In this document: positions 9,065 to 18,200 of the stretch, in pieces
Position numbering within the stretch: the stretch's first letter is position 1
Layout: each line of letters opens with the position of its first letter
NCBI GenBank assembly: GCA_049841315.1
Contig: JASGDB010000014.1
Location: 1,697-65,696, forward strand
Reading direction: 5' to 3'
From: Bergeyella sp.
Lineage (GTDB): Bacteria > Bacteroidota > Bacteroidia > Flavobacteriales > Weeksellaceae
DNA: 64,000 nucleotides
The notes under the pieces: model-generated
Told to the model about the DNA's origin: nothing
The model's database searches: none
Seen by the model: only the letters and a program-made list of their open reading frames with translations
Translations under genes and position numbers: made by a program

Positions 9065-9823
9065 TTATTCAAAATATTTTTTATTATTTCTAAAAAGTTC
9101 GTACAACAATTTCATATTTTCGAGTTCCTGCCAGTTACATTCTTTGGCGGGATTGCTGTCCAAATTATAAATTTTCGCATTTTCAATCGCTAAAACAAAA
9201 GGCGAATGTGAAGCGATAATGAACTGACAATTATATAAATGCGAATATTTTTCGATTAATTTTTTCACAACTAATTGCAATTTGGGCGAAAAAGAATTTT
9301 CAGGTTCATCAAGCAGATAAAGCGTATCGGGTTCAAAAATGTTTTCAAAATATGAAATAGCCGTTTCTCCGTTTGAAAATTGTTCGGACAATTCGTTGTG
9401 ATTTTGCCAGGCAAACATTCTTGCTCTATCGTCTTTTTCATTGGCTTCCAAAATCCTTTTTTCTGCTTTTTCAGTTTTGCTTCGCAGGTTTACAATGGCT
9501 TCGGCAATATCTTCACTTCGGATAAACCGGCTTTCTTTCGGGATTTTTATTTCTTTTCCGTTTCGTTCAGCCGTTTGAAAACTACATTTTTCTACAAATT
9601 CATTAAAATAGAATGAAGAATTTCCCAATGTTTTATGCTTAATTTTAATTTTTTCGGCAATCACATTCAATAAAGTTGATTTTCCTGAACCATTATTTCC
9701 ATAAAAAACAGTAACCGGAGAAAAATGAATCATATCCAACATTTTTGGACATAAAATCCTATATGGATAAACCCTTCTTTCTTCAAACGGCAACAGAAAT
9801 TTTTCAAGAAAAATCATCGGCAA
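9065..9823 (-). CDS. Small stand-alone ABC/SMC-type AAA ATPase
   Basis: 252 aa. Walker A is GNNGSGKST, the signature-like motif is SNGET, Walker B is LYLLDEPENSF and the H-loop is ASHSP. There is no membrane or nuclease domain. It sits next to the TA cassette. Confidence 0.7.
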   Translation of the reverse strand: MPMIFLEKFLLPFEERRVYPYRILCPKMLDMIHFSPVTVFYGNNGSGKSTLLNVIAEKIKIKHKTLGNSSFYFNEFVEKCSFQTAERNGKEIKIPKESRFIRSEDIAEAIVNLRSKTEKAEKRILEANEKDDRARMFAWQNHNELSEQFSNGETAISYFENIFEPDTLYLLDEPENSFSPKLQLVVKKLIEKYSHLYNCQFIIASHSPFVLAIENAKIYNLDSNPAKECNWQELENMKLLYELFRNNKKYFE

Positions 9824-9900
9824 TAAATTTCTTAACTTTGAACAAATTTAAGTCAAATAATTGATTTAGGTAGTAATGAATTTGTTTAGACTTTTTGATG

Positions 9901-10064
9901 ATGCTTCGTAGAAGCATTCTGTTAATAGAAAATAGATTTTTGTTGTGTGCGAAGCTCCGTAGGAGCGTTCTGTTAATAACGTTCTGTTTTTACAGGTCGC
10001 TCCTACGGAGCTTTTTTACAACATCTTTATTTTTTTCTATTAACAGTTTGTTCCTACGGAACAC
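9901..10064. repeat. Cluster of four copies (2 forward, 2 inverted) of a ~28-bp palindromic repeat (GCTCC-GTA-GGAGC ... CTGTTAATAG)
   Basis: The forward copies are atgcttcgtagaagcattctgttaatag (9901-9928) and gcgaagctccgtaggagcgttctgttaata (9949-9978). The inverted copies are a degenerate copy whose clearest part is gtcgctcctacggagc (~9984-10012) and ctattaacagtttgttcctacggaacac (10037-10064). Confidence 0.8.
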
Positions 10065-10161
10065 ATAAAATGTAAATAATTTCATTAAAATCTAAAATGT
10101 ATAACAATCACGAACTCCAATTAAAAAAATAAAAAATTCGTGAATAAATCTCAAATCTAAA

Positions 10162-11268
10162 TTGAAATACTACATTATCGCAGGAGAAGCATCAGGCGAT
10201 TTACACGCTTCCAACCTGATGAAAGCCATTCAGCAAAAAGATTCCGACACCGATTTCCGTTTTTGGGGCGGAGATTTGATGCAGAAAGTTTCGGGCGAAA
10301 AACCGGTGAAACATTACAAAAATTTGGCATTTATGGGTTTTGTGGAGGTCTTGATGAATTTAAAAACCATTTTAAACAATATTAAATTCGCCAAAAAAGA
10401 CATTCAGCAGTATCAGCCCGATGTTCTGATTCTGGTGGATTATCCCGGATTTAATTTAAGAATTGCAGAATTTGCAAAAAAACTCGGAATAAAAGTCGTC
10501 TATTACATTTCTCCGCAACTTTGGGCGTGGAAAGAAAACCGTGTGAAAACCATCAAAAAATATGTGGACGAAATGCTCGTGATTCTTCCGTTTGAAAAAG
10601 ATTTTTACAAAAAACATACTATTGATGCTCATTTTGTGGGACACCCGCTTTTAGATGCGATTTCGGATTTAAAGGAAATTAACGTTGTTGATTTTAAAAA
10701 AGAATTTCATCTGAACGATAAAGAAATCATCGCATTACTTCCCGGTTCACGAAAGCAGGAAGTGGAAAAAATGCTGGAAATGATGCTTTCCGTTCGTCCT
10801 TATTTTAAGGAATATCAGTTTGTCATTGCCGGAGCGCCGAGTCTTCCGAAAGGTTTTTACGAAAAATATGTGGACGAAAATGTGCATTTCGTTTCCAACA
10901 GAACGTACGATTTGCTGAGATGTTCCAAAGCCGCTTTGGTTACTTCCGGAACGGCAACATTGGAAACCGCACTTTTGAATATTCCCGAAGTGGTGTGTTA
11001 TAAAGGAAGCAAAATTTCCTACGAAATCGGAAAAAGATTAATCGGAAAAAACATCAAATACATTTCTCTGGTCAATCTGATTATGGATAAAGAGGTTGTA
11101 AAAGAATTGATTCAGAAGGAATTAAATACAAAAAATATCGTTCACGAACTGAATTTGGTTTTAAACGAAAACCGAAACCGCATTTTAAACGATTATGCAG
11201 AACTCCGTAAAAAACTCGGTGGAAAGGGAGCGAGTGAGAAGGCGGCGGAGATTATTGTTGAAATTTGA
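10162..11268 (+). CDS. lpxB: Lipid-A-disaccharide synthase
   Basis: 368 aa with a TTG start in the track. The N-terminus YYIIAGEASGDLHASNLMKAI and the overall pattern are LpxB-like. Confidence 0.9.
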   Translation: MKYYIIAGEASGDLHASNLMKAIQQKDSDTDFRFWGGDLMQKVSGEKPVKHYKNLAFMGFVEVLMNLKTILNNIKFAKKDIQQYQPDVLILVDYPGFNLRIAEFAKKLGIKVVYYISPQLWAWKENRVKTIKKYVDEMLVILPFEKDFYKKHTIDAHFVGHPLLDAISDLKEINVVDFKKEFHLNDKEIIALLPGSRKQEVEKMLEMMLSVRPYFKEYQFVIAGAPSLPKGFYEKYVDENVHFVSNRTYDLLRCSKAALVTSGTATLETALLNIPEVVCYKGSKISYEIGKRLIGKNIKYISLVNLIMDKEVVKELIQKELNTKNIVHELNLVLNENRNRILNDYAELRKKLGGKGASEKAAEIIVEI

Positions 11269-11327
11269 AAAAGCTCTCAGGCTGTGTTCAGAAATCTTTA
11301 TGTCAAAATATTAGGATTACTATACAT

Positions 11328-11357
11328 AAAAACGGGCTGAATATTCAGCCCGTTTTT
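11328..11357. terminator. Bidirectional rho-independent terminator
   Basis: aaaaacgggctgaa / ttcagcccgttttt forms a perfect hairpin with flanking A and T runs. It lies between the convergent lpxB gene and the 1004-aa gene. Confidence 0.8.
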
Positions 11358-11372
11358 ACTTATATCAAAAAC

Positions 11373-14300
11373 TTATTTCTTGATTACTTTATAAGAACTT
11401 GTTCCTTTTGATGTAATAACCTTTGCAATATATACTCCTTTCACAAGTTTCGATACATCTAAGTTTTCGGATTTTGCTGTTAGTGCAAGATTTCCATTCA
11501 TTCCGTATAGTTCTACAGATTTCAGGGTTTCATTTTTTGATAAACGAATATTCAGAATGTCTTTCACGGGATTCGGGAAGATGGTTGCTTTTTCCGTCTG
11601 ATAATCGGTAACAGCAAGCGTTTCTTCCGGTGTGAAACCTGAAAAATCTATCGTATTGGTGCTTTGAGCTCTGTTTTCATAAGCATTTGAAGATTGTTTG
11701 TCGAGAGGAGCATACAGTTCCATGCTTGACTGAAGCATTTTTTCTTCATAAAGAGCCGTCATTTCTTCCTGATTCATTCCCGAACGGTAGAAAAACCAGT
11801 TGCGGTAACTGATGTCGGAAGGTCCTTCATTACTGTGAAGTGCAAAAATTTTCGCTTCCATTTTTTCATCTACGCTTCCCTGTAAAGCTCCGTCGATATA
11901 AAGAAAAGATTTTCCTCTTGCGTAATAATGTGTGAGGGCAACTCTGTGCCAACCGTTATCATTCACCACTGCCGAACTTGTTACCGTAGTTCCCGTCGGA
12001 GAAGTATAAACGATGTTGCCATTAGCATTAATGACTAAATTTCCGTCTGATGCAGTCGTCGTGAAATTCATAATTTTTCCCGATCCTGTCGTTTTGAAAT
12101 CAAATACCGTTGTGAACGGATGAACGCCGTTATCCGGTGTGAATTTCAGTTCTCCTGCATTGGATACTGCGGGTTTTACATAAGTCGAATTGGTATAAAC
12201 GGGTCTTGTTTTTCCGGCTTGAAGCGCATCGAAAACTGACGGCACGAATGTATAGAATATTTCGGTGTGCCCTGCGGAATTCGGGTGGAGAACATCTGTG
12301 CCGTTCTGATAGCCTGACGGCCATTTCCCGAAACCATCATCCACCGCTCCTAAAGAATTAATACTCGGAACTTCCCATTCGTGCATCAGCAGATTCATTT
12401 GCTTAACAAAATTGTAATCTGTTTCATTAAAATCTCCTCTTCCGTAATTATTCACCACAACCGGAATTTTCCCCGCCGTTTTTGCTTTGTCGATTAAAAG
12501 TAAAAGACCGTTTTTATAAGAATCAAAAGCAGTCTGTCCGGATTCGTGAACGCCCTCATTTCCCAAAGCCAGCCCGAAAACTACATACGAACTGCAATCT
12601 CCGATTAAATCGCTTTCAAACCGGTTCATCACTTTCGTAGTGTTATCACCGGGAACGGCAACATTAGACCTGAAAAATGCAGGGCTTCCGTTGGCTGCTC
12701 TCTGTTGTAAAAGTTCATTAAACTGATAAGCATATCCCTGAAGATTGTCCGCTCCCGTTCCATACATTACAGACGAACCCATAAATGAAATTTTCAGCGG
12801 AGATACATCCTGACAACTCACGCTGTAAGTATAATTTTGCAGGTCAAGCCGCACGATGAATTTCCCGTAAGTCTGTCGGATGTCTTCATAAGCTACTCCG
12901 TAAGCATTTCCTTCAGATTCGGAGATGATGGAATTATTAGTTGTTCCCGTTACTTTTTTGTAAACAAAGCTCCAGCCTCCGTTTGCTCTGAAAATAAATC
13001 GCGGCGTTGTATCGGTGTTGACTACATCCATATCAAGAGCGGCTTCCCAAACTCCGTTTCCTTTATAATCCAGCGGAAGTTCTCCGCTCCACGCACCTTG
13101 AATCGTGCTTCCTACCAAGCCCCAACTAAAGCTGGTAACCGTATAAGTGTTATTGTTAAGGTTAACGAAAATCCTCACCGGTCCTGTAACCGAAGACGTA
13201 ATTTCCGAACCATTCAATTCCAAAGTTCCGGCACTTCCGCCATACGTTTCCGCAGATGCATCTTGGGAAGTATAGAATTTAAAAGTTCCGTTTTCTGACA
13301 GAGAAGTATAAATTTCAAACTGATTCGTTACCAGTCCGGAATTTCCGTTGATATGGTGCAAAGGAATTGCAGCTGCAGGATTATCGCCGTTTTCCGTTCC
13401 GCTTCCGCTGAGATACAGAGCTGTAATCTGATTGGAAATCGCAATCACTTTGCTTCCGCTGATTTCAGGTTTCTGAACGCTTGTCGCCGTAACTGTAATC
13501 GTCCCATTTTTCTTCGGAACTAAAAGTCCTGTTGCGCTGATACTTGCCACAGTTTCATCACTGATGCTCCAAGTAACGCTTTTGTTTGTTGCGTTTGCAG
13601 GAAGCACTTCGGCGGTCATTTGGGAAGATGCTCCCGAAACCGAAATATCATTCCCCGAAACGGAAACAGATGCTACATCAACAACTGATGAAGCTGCATA
13701 TTCCTCAATTTTGATAATATTAATGTAGCCGTATTTTTGGGTATCAGTCTGCGTAAAAGCAAGATTAAAAATAATTTTGCCATTTGCGTCAGGAGACATC
13801 GGTTCAGAAACGAACACATTATTATCCGATATAGCCGGGGAAGATGCAATCGTGGCATTTACTGTAGCTGCTCCAACCAATGAAAACACGGAAGTTCTCG
13901 AATCACTGGCAGGGCGGGATGCCAGAAGATAAAATTTATATTGCTTCCCCGCATCAAATCCGCTGAATTCTATCTGCCCTGTCGGATTATTGTCTGAATT
14001 TGACACATAAAAATAATCTGAAAACGCTCTGAGAACCGCCAAATCAGGATAGGTAACTGTTGTCCATGATGATGGCCCGTATTGGCTTCCCGTATTCAGC
14101 ACCATATTGTCCGTAACTCTGTAGCTTAATCCTGATGAGCCTCCGTTGCTGTTGATAAGCGGAGAAGCAGTTGCAGAAACAGTAGCGGAAGTGATATTGT
14201 TCCAGTTGTTTCCGTTGGCATCAGGATTCGCAGTTGCACCACCGACACCATTGCTTGTTCCCGGGTTTGCAGGCCCGAAATCCATGTATATTTTCTGTGA

Positions 14301-14387
14301 AAGCGTCTGCGAAAAACAGAACATCACACAGAAAAACATTGTAAAAATTGATAGATATTTTTTCATTACAGAATTTTTTGAAAACAT
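11373..14387 (-). CDS. Large secreted multidomain protein: Big_2 Ig-like domain, SGNH/GDSL-type hydrolase region, LamG/concanavalin-like domain, T9SS C-terminal domain
   Basis: 1004 aa. The start could instead be the MKKYLSIF methionine at 14366. The Big_2-like segment is VTWSISDETVASISATGLLVPKKNGTITVTATS. The GDSL-like block is ISFMGSSVMYGTGAD... with a later LHPNSAGH. The LamG-like segment is GWHRVALTHYYARGKSFLYIDG. The T9SS tail is IFPNPVKDILNIRLS...GVYIAKVITSKGTSSYKVIKK. Confidence 0.7.
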   Translation of the reverse strand: MFSKNSVMKKYLSIFTMFFCVMFCFSQTLSQKIYMDFGPANPGTSNGVGGATANPDANGNNWNNITSATVSATASPLINSNGGSSGLSYRVTDNMVLNTGSQYGPSSWTTVTYPDLAVLRAFSDYFYVSNSDNNPTGQIEFSGFDAGKQYKFYLLASRPASDSRTSVFSLVGAATVNATIASSPAISDNNVFVSEPMSPDANGKIIFNLAFTQTDTQKYGYINIIKIEEYAASSVVDVASVSVSGNDISVSGASSQMTAEVLPANATNKSVTWSISDETVASISATGLLVPKKNGTITVTATSVQKPEISGSKVIAISNQITALYLSGSGTENGDNPAAAIPLHHINGNSGLVTNQFEIYTSLSENGTFKFYTSQDASAETYGGSAGTLELNGSEITSSVTGPVRIFVNLNNNTYTVTSFSWGLVGSTIQGAWSGELPLDYKGNGVWEAALDMDVVNTDTTPRFIFRANGGWSFVYKKVTGTTNNSIISESEGNAYGVAYEDIRQTYGKFIVRLDLQNYTYSVSCQDVSPLKISFMGSSVMYGTGADNLQGYAYQFNELLQQRAANGSPAFFRSNVAVPGDNTTKVMNRFESDLIGDCSSYVVFGLALGNEGVHESGQTAFDSYKNGLLLLIDKAKTAGKIPVVVNNYGRGDFNETDYNFVKQMNLLMHEWEVPSINSLGAVDDGFGKWPSGYQNGTDVLHPNSAGHTEIFYTFVPSVFDALQAGKTRPVYTNSTYVKPAVSNAGELKFTPDNGVHPFTTVFDFKTTGSGKIMNFTTTASDGNLVINANGNIVYTSPTGTTVTSSAVVNDNGWHRVALTHYYARGKSFLYIDGALQGSVDEKMEAKIFALHSNEGPSDISYRNWFFYRSGMNQEEMTALYEEKMLQSSMELYAPLDKQSSNAYENRAQSTNTIDFSGFTPEETLAVTDYQTEKATIFPNPVKDILNIRLSKNETLKSVELYGMNGNLALTAKSENLDVSKLVKGVYIAKVITSKGTSSYKVIKK

Positions 14388-14511
14388 CCAAAGTTAAAAT
14401 AAATTTATTGTCTCACAATGGGATAATAAAATTTATTTTTAAAACTTTTTCCTTTTTAGTATAAAAGCAGATAACAACTCCGATATTAATAAATAATTCG
14501 TAATTTCGCCA

Positions 14512-14590
14512 TCAGAAATTAAAGGGGTGCCGTAAAAAGCTGAGATTATACCCAATGAACCTTGGAACAGGTAATGCTGTTTAGGGAAAT
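14512..14590 (+). promoter_or_regulatory. TPP (THI-box) riboswitch aptamer
   Basis: Conserved elements occur in the correct order: GGGGUGC (14524-30), GCUGAGA (14539-45), UACCC (14549-53), UGAACCU (14556-62), GGUAAUGC (14569-14576) and AGGGAA (14583-88). A near-consensus -7 box, TAATTTCG (14501-08), lies just upstream. A TonB-dependent receptor gene lies downstream. Confidence 0.85.
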
Positions 14591-14609
14591 TAAAAATGTA
14601 AACATTTTT

Positions 14610-14714
14610 AATGTATCAATTTGAAAATGTAACAATGTAACAATCTTTGTTCGTTGGAGAAGTTTTTAGATTTTCAATATTCCAAATTGATACATTGTTA
14701 AATTGTTACATTAA
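14610..14714. repeat. Array of five TGTAWCAAT motifs in both orientations (intergenic repeat element) between riboswitch and receptor gene
   Basis: The motif copies are aatgtatcaatttg (14610), aatgtaacaat (14626), gtaacaat (14636), caaattgatacatt (14683) and attgttacatt (14703). The paired halves occur in A-B ... A'-B' order, so this is not a simple hairpin. Confidence 0.65.
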
Positions 14715-14765
14715 CCATAATCACCCCTTTTATTCAATTAATTTTTTAACTAAAAATTTAAAAGA

Positions 14766-16883
14766 ATGAAAGGATTTGTTTTTTTAGGACTTTGCGTAAG
14801 TCCGCTCTATTGGTCGCAGAATATTCTGCAGGATTCCGTGAAAACTCAGGAAATTGAAGCCATAACTTTTACCCGAAGGCTTCCGGTTGCCAAAGAAATC
14901 ATTAATGTTGAGAAAGATTTAGACCACAAAAATCTCGGTCAGGAGTTGCCTATTCTGCTGAAAAATCAGACTTCGGTGGTTTCCACTTCCGATGCGGGAA
15001 ACGGTGTCGGATATTCGTCATTCAGGATTCGCGGTGTCGGCGGAAATTCCATTAATGTAATGCTGAACGGTGTTCCGTACAACGATTCCGAAAGTCAGGG
15101 AACATTTTTCGTAAATGTAACCGATATCGCAAGCTCGGCTTCGCAGATTGTGATTCAGCGAGGAGTCGGGACTTCTTCCAACGGAGTTTCCGCATTCGGA
15201 GCGAGTGTAAATATTCTCTCGAAAGACCCCGATAAGGAATTTTATGTAAAAACCGACGACAGCTACGGCTCATTTAATACTTACAAATATTCAGCAGAAA
15301 TCGGAAGCGGAAAATTCTGGAAAGACCGGCTTTCATTGATGGGACGCTACACGAAAATCCATTCCGACGGCTATATCGACCGTGCTTTTTCAGATTTGGA
15401 TTCGTATAATTTTTCGGCACTTTTTGAAGAAAATAAAACAAAAATCCGTCTCCTTGCTTTCGGTGGAAAAGAAAAAACCTACCAAGCATGGAACGGGATT
15501 GACAAGGAAACATGGAAAACCGACCCGAAATTCAATTATTCGGGAGCGATTTACGATGAAAATTGGGAAAATATCGTGGATTTTTATAAAAACGAAACCG
15601 ATAATTACCGTCAGAACCATTTTCAGGTTTTATGGAATCAGAATTTTAATGAAAAATGGAATCTCGAAACCACGCTTCATTACACCATAGGAAAAGGTTT
15701 TTACGAAAATTACAAACAGGACGCAAAATATTCAAAATACAACTTACCGAATCTTTTAGTTGAAGGAAACGAAATCACAAGAACCGATTTCATCAGAAAA
15801 AAATGGCTGGATAACGATTTTTACGGAGTTGTTTCCAATCTTTACGGGAAATTTGAAAATTGGGATTTGAACTTCGGAGCAGTTGCCAATCAGTATTACG
15901 GAAGGCATTACGGAAACGTATCGGACGTTTTTCGCCCTGAAATTTACGAACACGAATATTACAGAAACAATTCATTGAAAAATGAAATTTCCGGTTTTGC
16001 AAAAGCGGTTTACAGACTTCATCATTTTGAATTTTTCGGAGATTTACAATTAAGAAACATTGATTATACGGCAAAAATTGTTCAGCAAGGCGATGATGAA
16101 AGCGTGAATATGGAAAAAAACTGGCTGTTTTTCAATCCGAAAGCAGGAATCAGCTATAAAATTCCTGCCGGAAAAATTTTCCTTTCCTACGCAAACGCCC
16201 ACCGTGAACCGAACCGCGATGACCTTTTTGCCAATCCCGAAGCGAAAGCAGAAATGCTTCACGATTTTGAAGCCGGAATCGAAAAATCTTTCGGGAACAT
16301 TCAGTTTTCTGCCAATGCGTATTATATGAATTATAAAAACCAGCTCGTTCTGACGGGAGAAATCAATAATGTTGGGGCTTTTGTCCGTGCCAATTCTGGA
16401 AAAAGCTATCGTCTTGGGGTGGAGCTTTCGGCTCTTGCTCCTGTTTCAAAAAAAATTCAGCTTAGCGGAAATATGACTTTAAGCCAAAACAGAAATATCA
16501 ATTATAAAACAGAATCACAAAATTCCGTTCAAAATCTCGGAAACACACCAACTTCGTTTTCCCCTGATTTTATAGGGAATCTGATGATTTTATTCAAACC
16601 AACCGAAAATTTTAGTTTAGGTTTACAGAATCAATATGCAGGAGAACAGTATTTGGACAACACGAATAACGATGCTCTGAAACTTCCGGCATATTACCTT
16701 GCGGATTTCAACGCACAATATTCTTTACAATTCAAAAAAACAGATGTAGATTTTAAATTTCTGCTGAATAATATTTTCGATAAAAAATATGTGAACAACG
16801 GCTTTGTATATGATGAAAGTCCTTACTATTACGCTCAGGCAGGGATTAATTTCCTGTTCGGAGTTACGCTGAAGTTCAGATAG
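14766..16883 (+). CDS. TonB-dependent outer-membrane receptor (TPP-riboswitch controlled, presumably thiamine/precursor uptake)
   Basis: 705 aa. Signal peptide, plug domain (SSFRIRGVGGNSINVMLNGVPYNDSESQG) and a beta-barrel with an aromatic-rich C-terminus. It lies directly downstream of the THI-box. Confidence 0.85.
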   Translation: MKGFVFLGLCVSPLYWSQNILQDSVKTQEIEAITFTRRLPVAKEIINVEKDLDHKNLGQELPILLKNQTSVVSTSDAGNGVGYSSFRIRGVGGNSINVMLNGVPYNDSESQGTFFVNVTDIASSASQIVIQRGVGTSSNGVSAFGASVNILSKDPDKEFYVKTDDSYGSFNTYKYSAEIGSGKFWKDRLSLMGRYTKIHSDGYIDRAFSDLDSYNFSALFEENKTKIRLLAFGGKEKTYQAWNGIDKETWKTDPKFNYSGAIYDENWENIVDFYKNETDNYRQNHFQVLWNQNFNEKWNLETTLHYTIGKGFYENYKQDAKYSKYNLPNLLVEGNEITRTDFIRKKWLDNDFYGVVSNLYGKFENWDLNFGAVANQYYGRHYGNVSDVFRPEIYEHEYYRNNSLKNEISGFAKAVYRLHHFEFFGDLQLRNIDYTAKIVQQGDDESVNMEKNWLFFNPKAGISYKIPAGKIFLSYANAHREPNRDDLFANPEAKAEMLHDFEAGIEKSFGNIQFSANAYYMNYKNQLVLTGEINNVGAFVRANSGKSYRLGVELSALAPVSKKIQLSGNMTLSQNRNINYKTESQNSVQNLGNTPTSFSPDFIGNLMILFKPTENFSLGLQNQYAGEQYLDNTNNDALKLPAYYLADFNAQYSLQFKKTDVDFKFLLNNIFDKKYVNNGFVYDESPYYYAQAGINFLFGVTLKFR

Positions 16884-16980
16884 CGATTCCAAAAAACACC
16901 AAATGAGGAAAGGAGTTGTCGAAAGACGCTCCTTTTTCTGTTTTCTATCACGCAGAAAAACAGTAAATTTGCCGGTGATT

Positions 16981-17658
16981 ATGAATATTCCCGTTCACAT
17001 TCTGAACTTTCTGCAAAACCGTCAAGAGCCGGTGGTTTCCGGATTCGGCGAATTCCGGCTGAAAACCTCCGGCGCAACTCTGAATGAGGAAGGAACGCTC
17101 CTGCCACCTGCAAAAGAAGTTGAATTCATTCCTGATTTCGGAGTGAAAGATTCGGCGTTTATTTCCTATCTCGCCGATACAGAAAAAATTTCAGTGTTTG
17201 AAGCCGAACTCGAGCTGAAAAAGCTCACCAATCAGTGGAAAAACCAGCTCGAAAATCAGTATGAAACAGAGATTCCCGGAATCGGAATCGTAAAAAACCT
17301 CGACGGAACACTGAATTTCAAAGGAATAAGGATAGAAGATTACGGTTTGGAAGAAATTTCACTTTCCGAAATCAAGCGGAGTTATTCCGGAAATATTCAC
17401 GAAGAAGAACCGGATGAAAAGGAAACTTACCGTTTCAACAATTCCATTCTCTGGATTTTCCTGATTGCCGTTCCGGTCGCAGGTTTGGCGTATTTAGGGA
17501 TTACACGGCAGGAAAAAATTTTCGGTAAAAAATCTTTTGAGAACATTTCCGTGAAGACGTCTACCAAACGGATTACCGAAACCCCGAAACAGGATTCCGC
17601 AAAAGCTCCTGTGGAATCACTGAAAACCGATTCTCTTCACACGAAAATTACCCGGTAG
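16981..17658 (+). CDS. Hypothetical membrane-anchored protein, N-terminus resembling bacterial HU-CCDC81-type domains
   Basis: The track ORF starts at 16903. I prefer the ATG at 16981 (MNIPVHILNFLQNRQEPVVSGFGEFRL...LLPPAKEVEFIPDF...IPGIGIVKNLDGTLNFKG). There is one TM helix (ILWIFLIAVPVAGLAYLGI). The family assignment is tentative. Confidence 0.45.
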   Translation: MNIPVHILNFLQNRQEPVVSGFGEFRLKTSGATLNEEGTLLPPAKEVEFIPDFGVKDSAFISYLADTEKISVFEAELELKKLTNQWKNQLENQYETEIPGIGIVKNLDGTLNFKGIRIEDYGLEEISLSEIKRSYSGNIHEEEPDEKETYRFNNSILWIFLIAVPVAGLAYLGITRQEKIFGKKSFENISVKTSTKRITETPKQDSAKAPVESLKTDSLHTKITR

Positions 17659-17686
17659 TAGTTTTAAACAAAAATTTAAAGTAAAA

Positions 17687-18199
17687 ATGCAAACCAAAAA
17701 AGCCTCCGAATCATTAACCATAATGACCAATATCGTTCTGCCGAACGAAACCAACTCACTCCGCAATCTTTTCGGCGGCGAACTGCTGTCGAGAATGGAT
17801 AGAGCAGCTTCCATTTCTGCAACAAGACATTGCGAACGGCGTGTGGTAACGGCTTCTGTGAACCACGTATCCTTTAATCACCCCATTCCCGAAGGTGGGA
17901 TTGTGGTTTTGGAATCCAAAGTTTCGCGTGCTTTCAATTCATCAATGGAAATCTATGTCGATGTCTGGCTTGACGACCCGATTAACCAGACGAAAATCCA
18001 TACCAACGAAGGAATTTACACGTTTGTTGCCGTTGATGAGTTTAATAAACCCGTTCCGATTCCGCCGATGCTACCCGAAACAGACGAAGAAAAAGAGCGT
18101 TTTGAAGCCGCCCTCAGAAGAAAAGAATTGTCATTGATTCTCTCCGGAAGAATGAAACCTTCGGAATCTGTGGAACTGAAAAAATTATTCAGTGAATAG
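17687..18199 (+). CDS. Acyl-CoA thioesterase (hotdog fold, YciA-like)
   Basis: 170 aa. LPNETNSLRNLFGGELLSRMDRAASISATRH...VVTASVNHVSFNHPIPEGGIVVLESKVSRAFNSSMEI is the typical pattern. Confidence 0.85.
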   Translation: MQTKKASESLTIMTNIVLPNETNSLRNLFGGELLSRMDRAASISATRHCERRVVTASVNHVSFNHPIPEGGIVVLESKVSRAFNSSMEIYVDVWLDDPINQTKIHTNEGIYTFVAVDEFNKPVPIPPMLPETDEEKERFEAALRRKELSLILSGRMKPSESVELKKLFSE

Positions 18200-18200
18200 A

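Noticed and set aside
16903-16980. Upstream extension of the 251-aa ORF (MRKGVVERRSFFCFLSRRKTVNLPVI...)
   Set aside because: The extension starts only 20 nt after the TonB receptor stop and is basic and unstructured. The internal ATG at 16981 gives an N-terminus (MNIPVHILNFL...) that looks like a genuine domain start.
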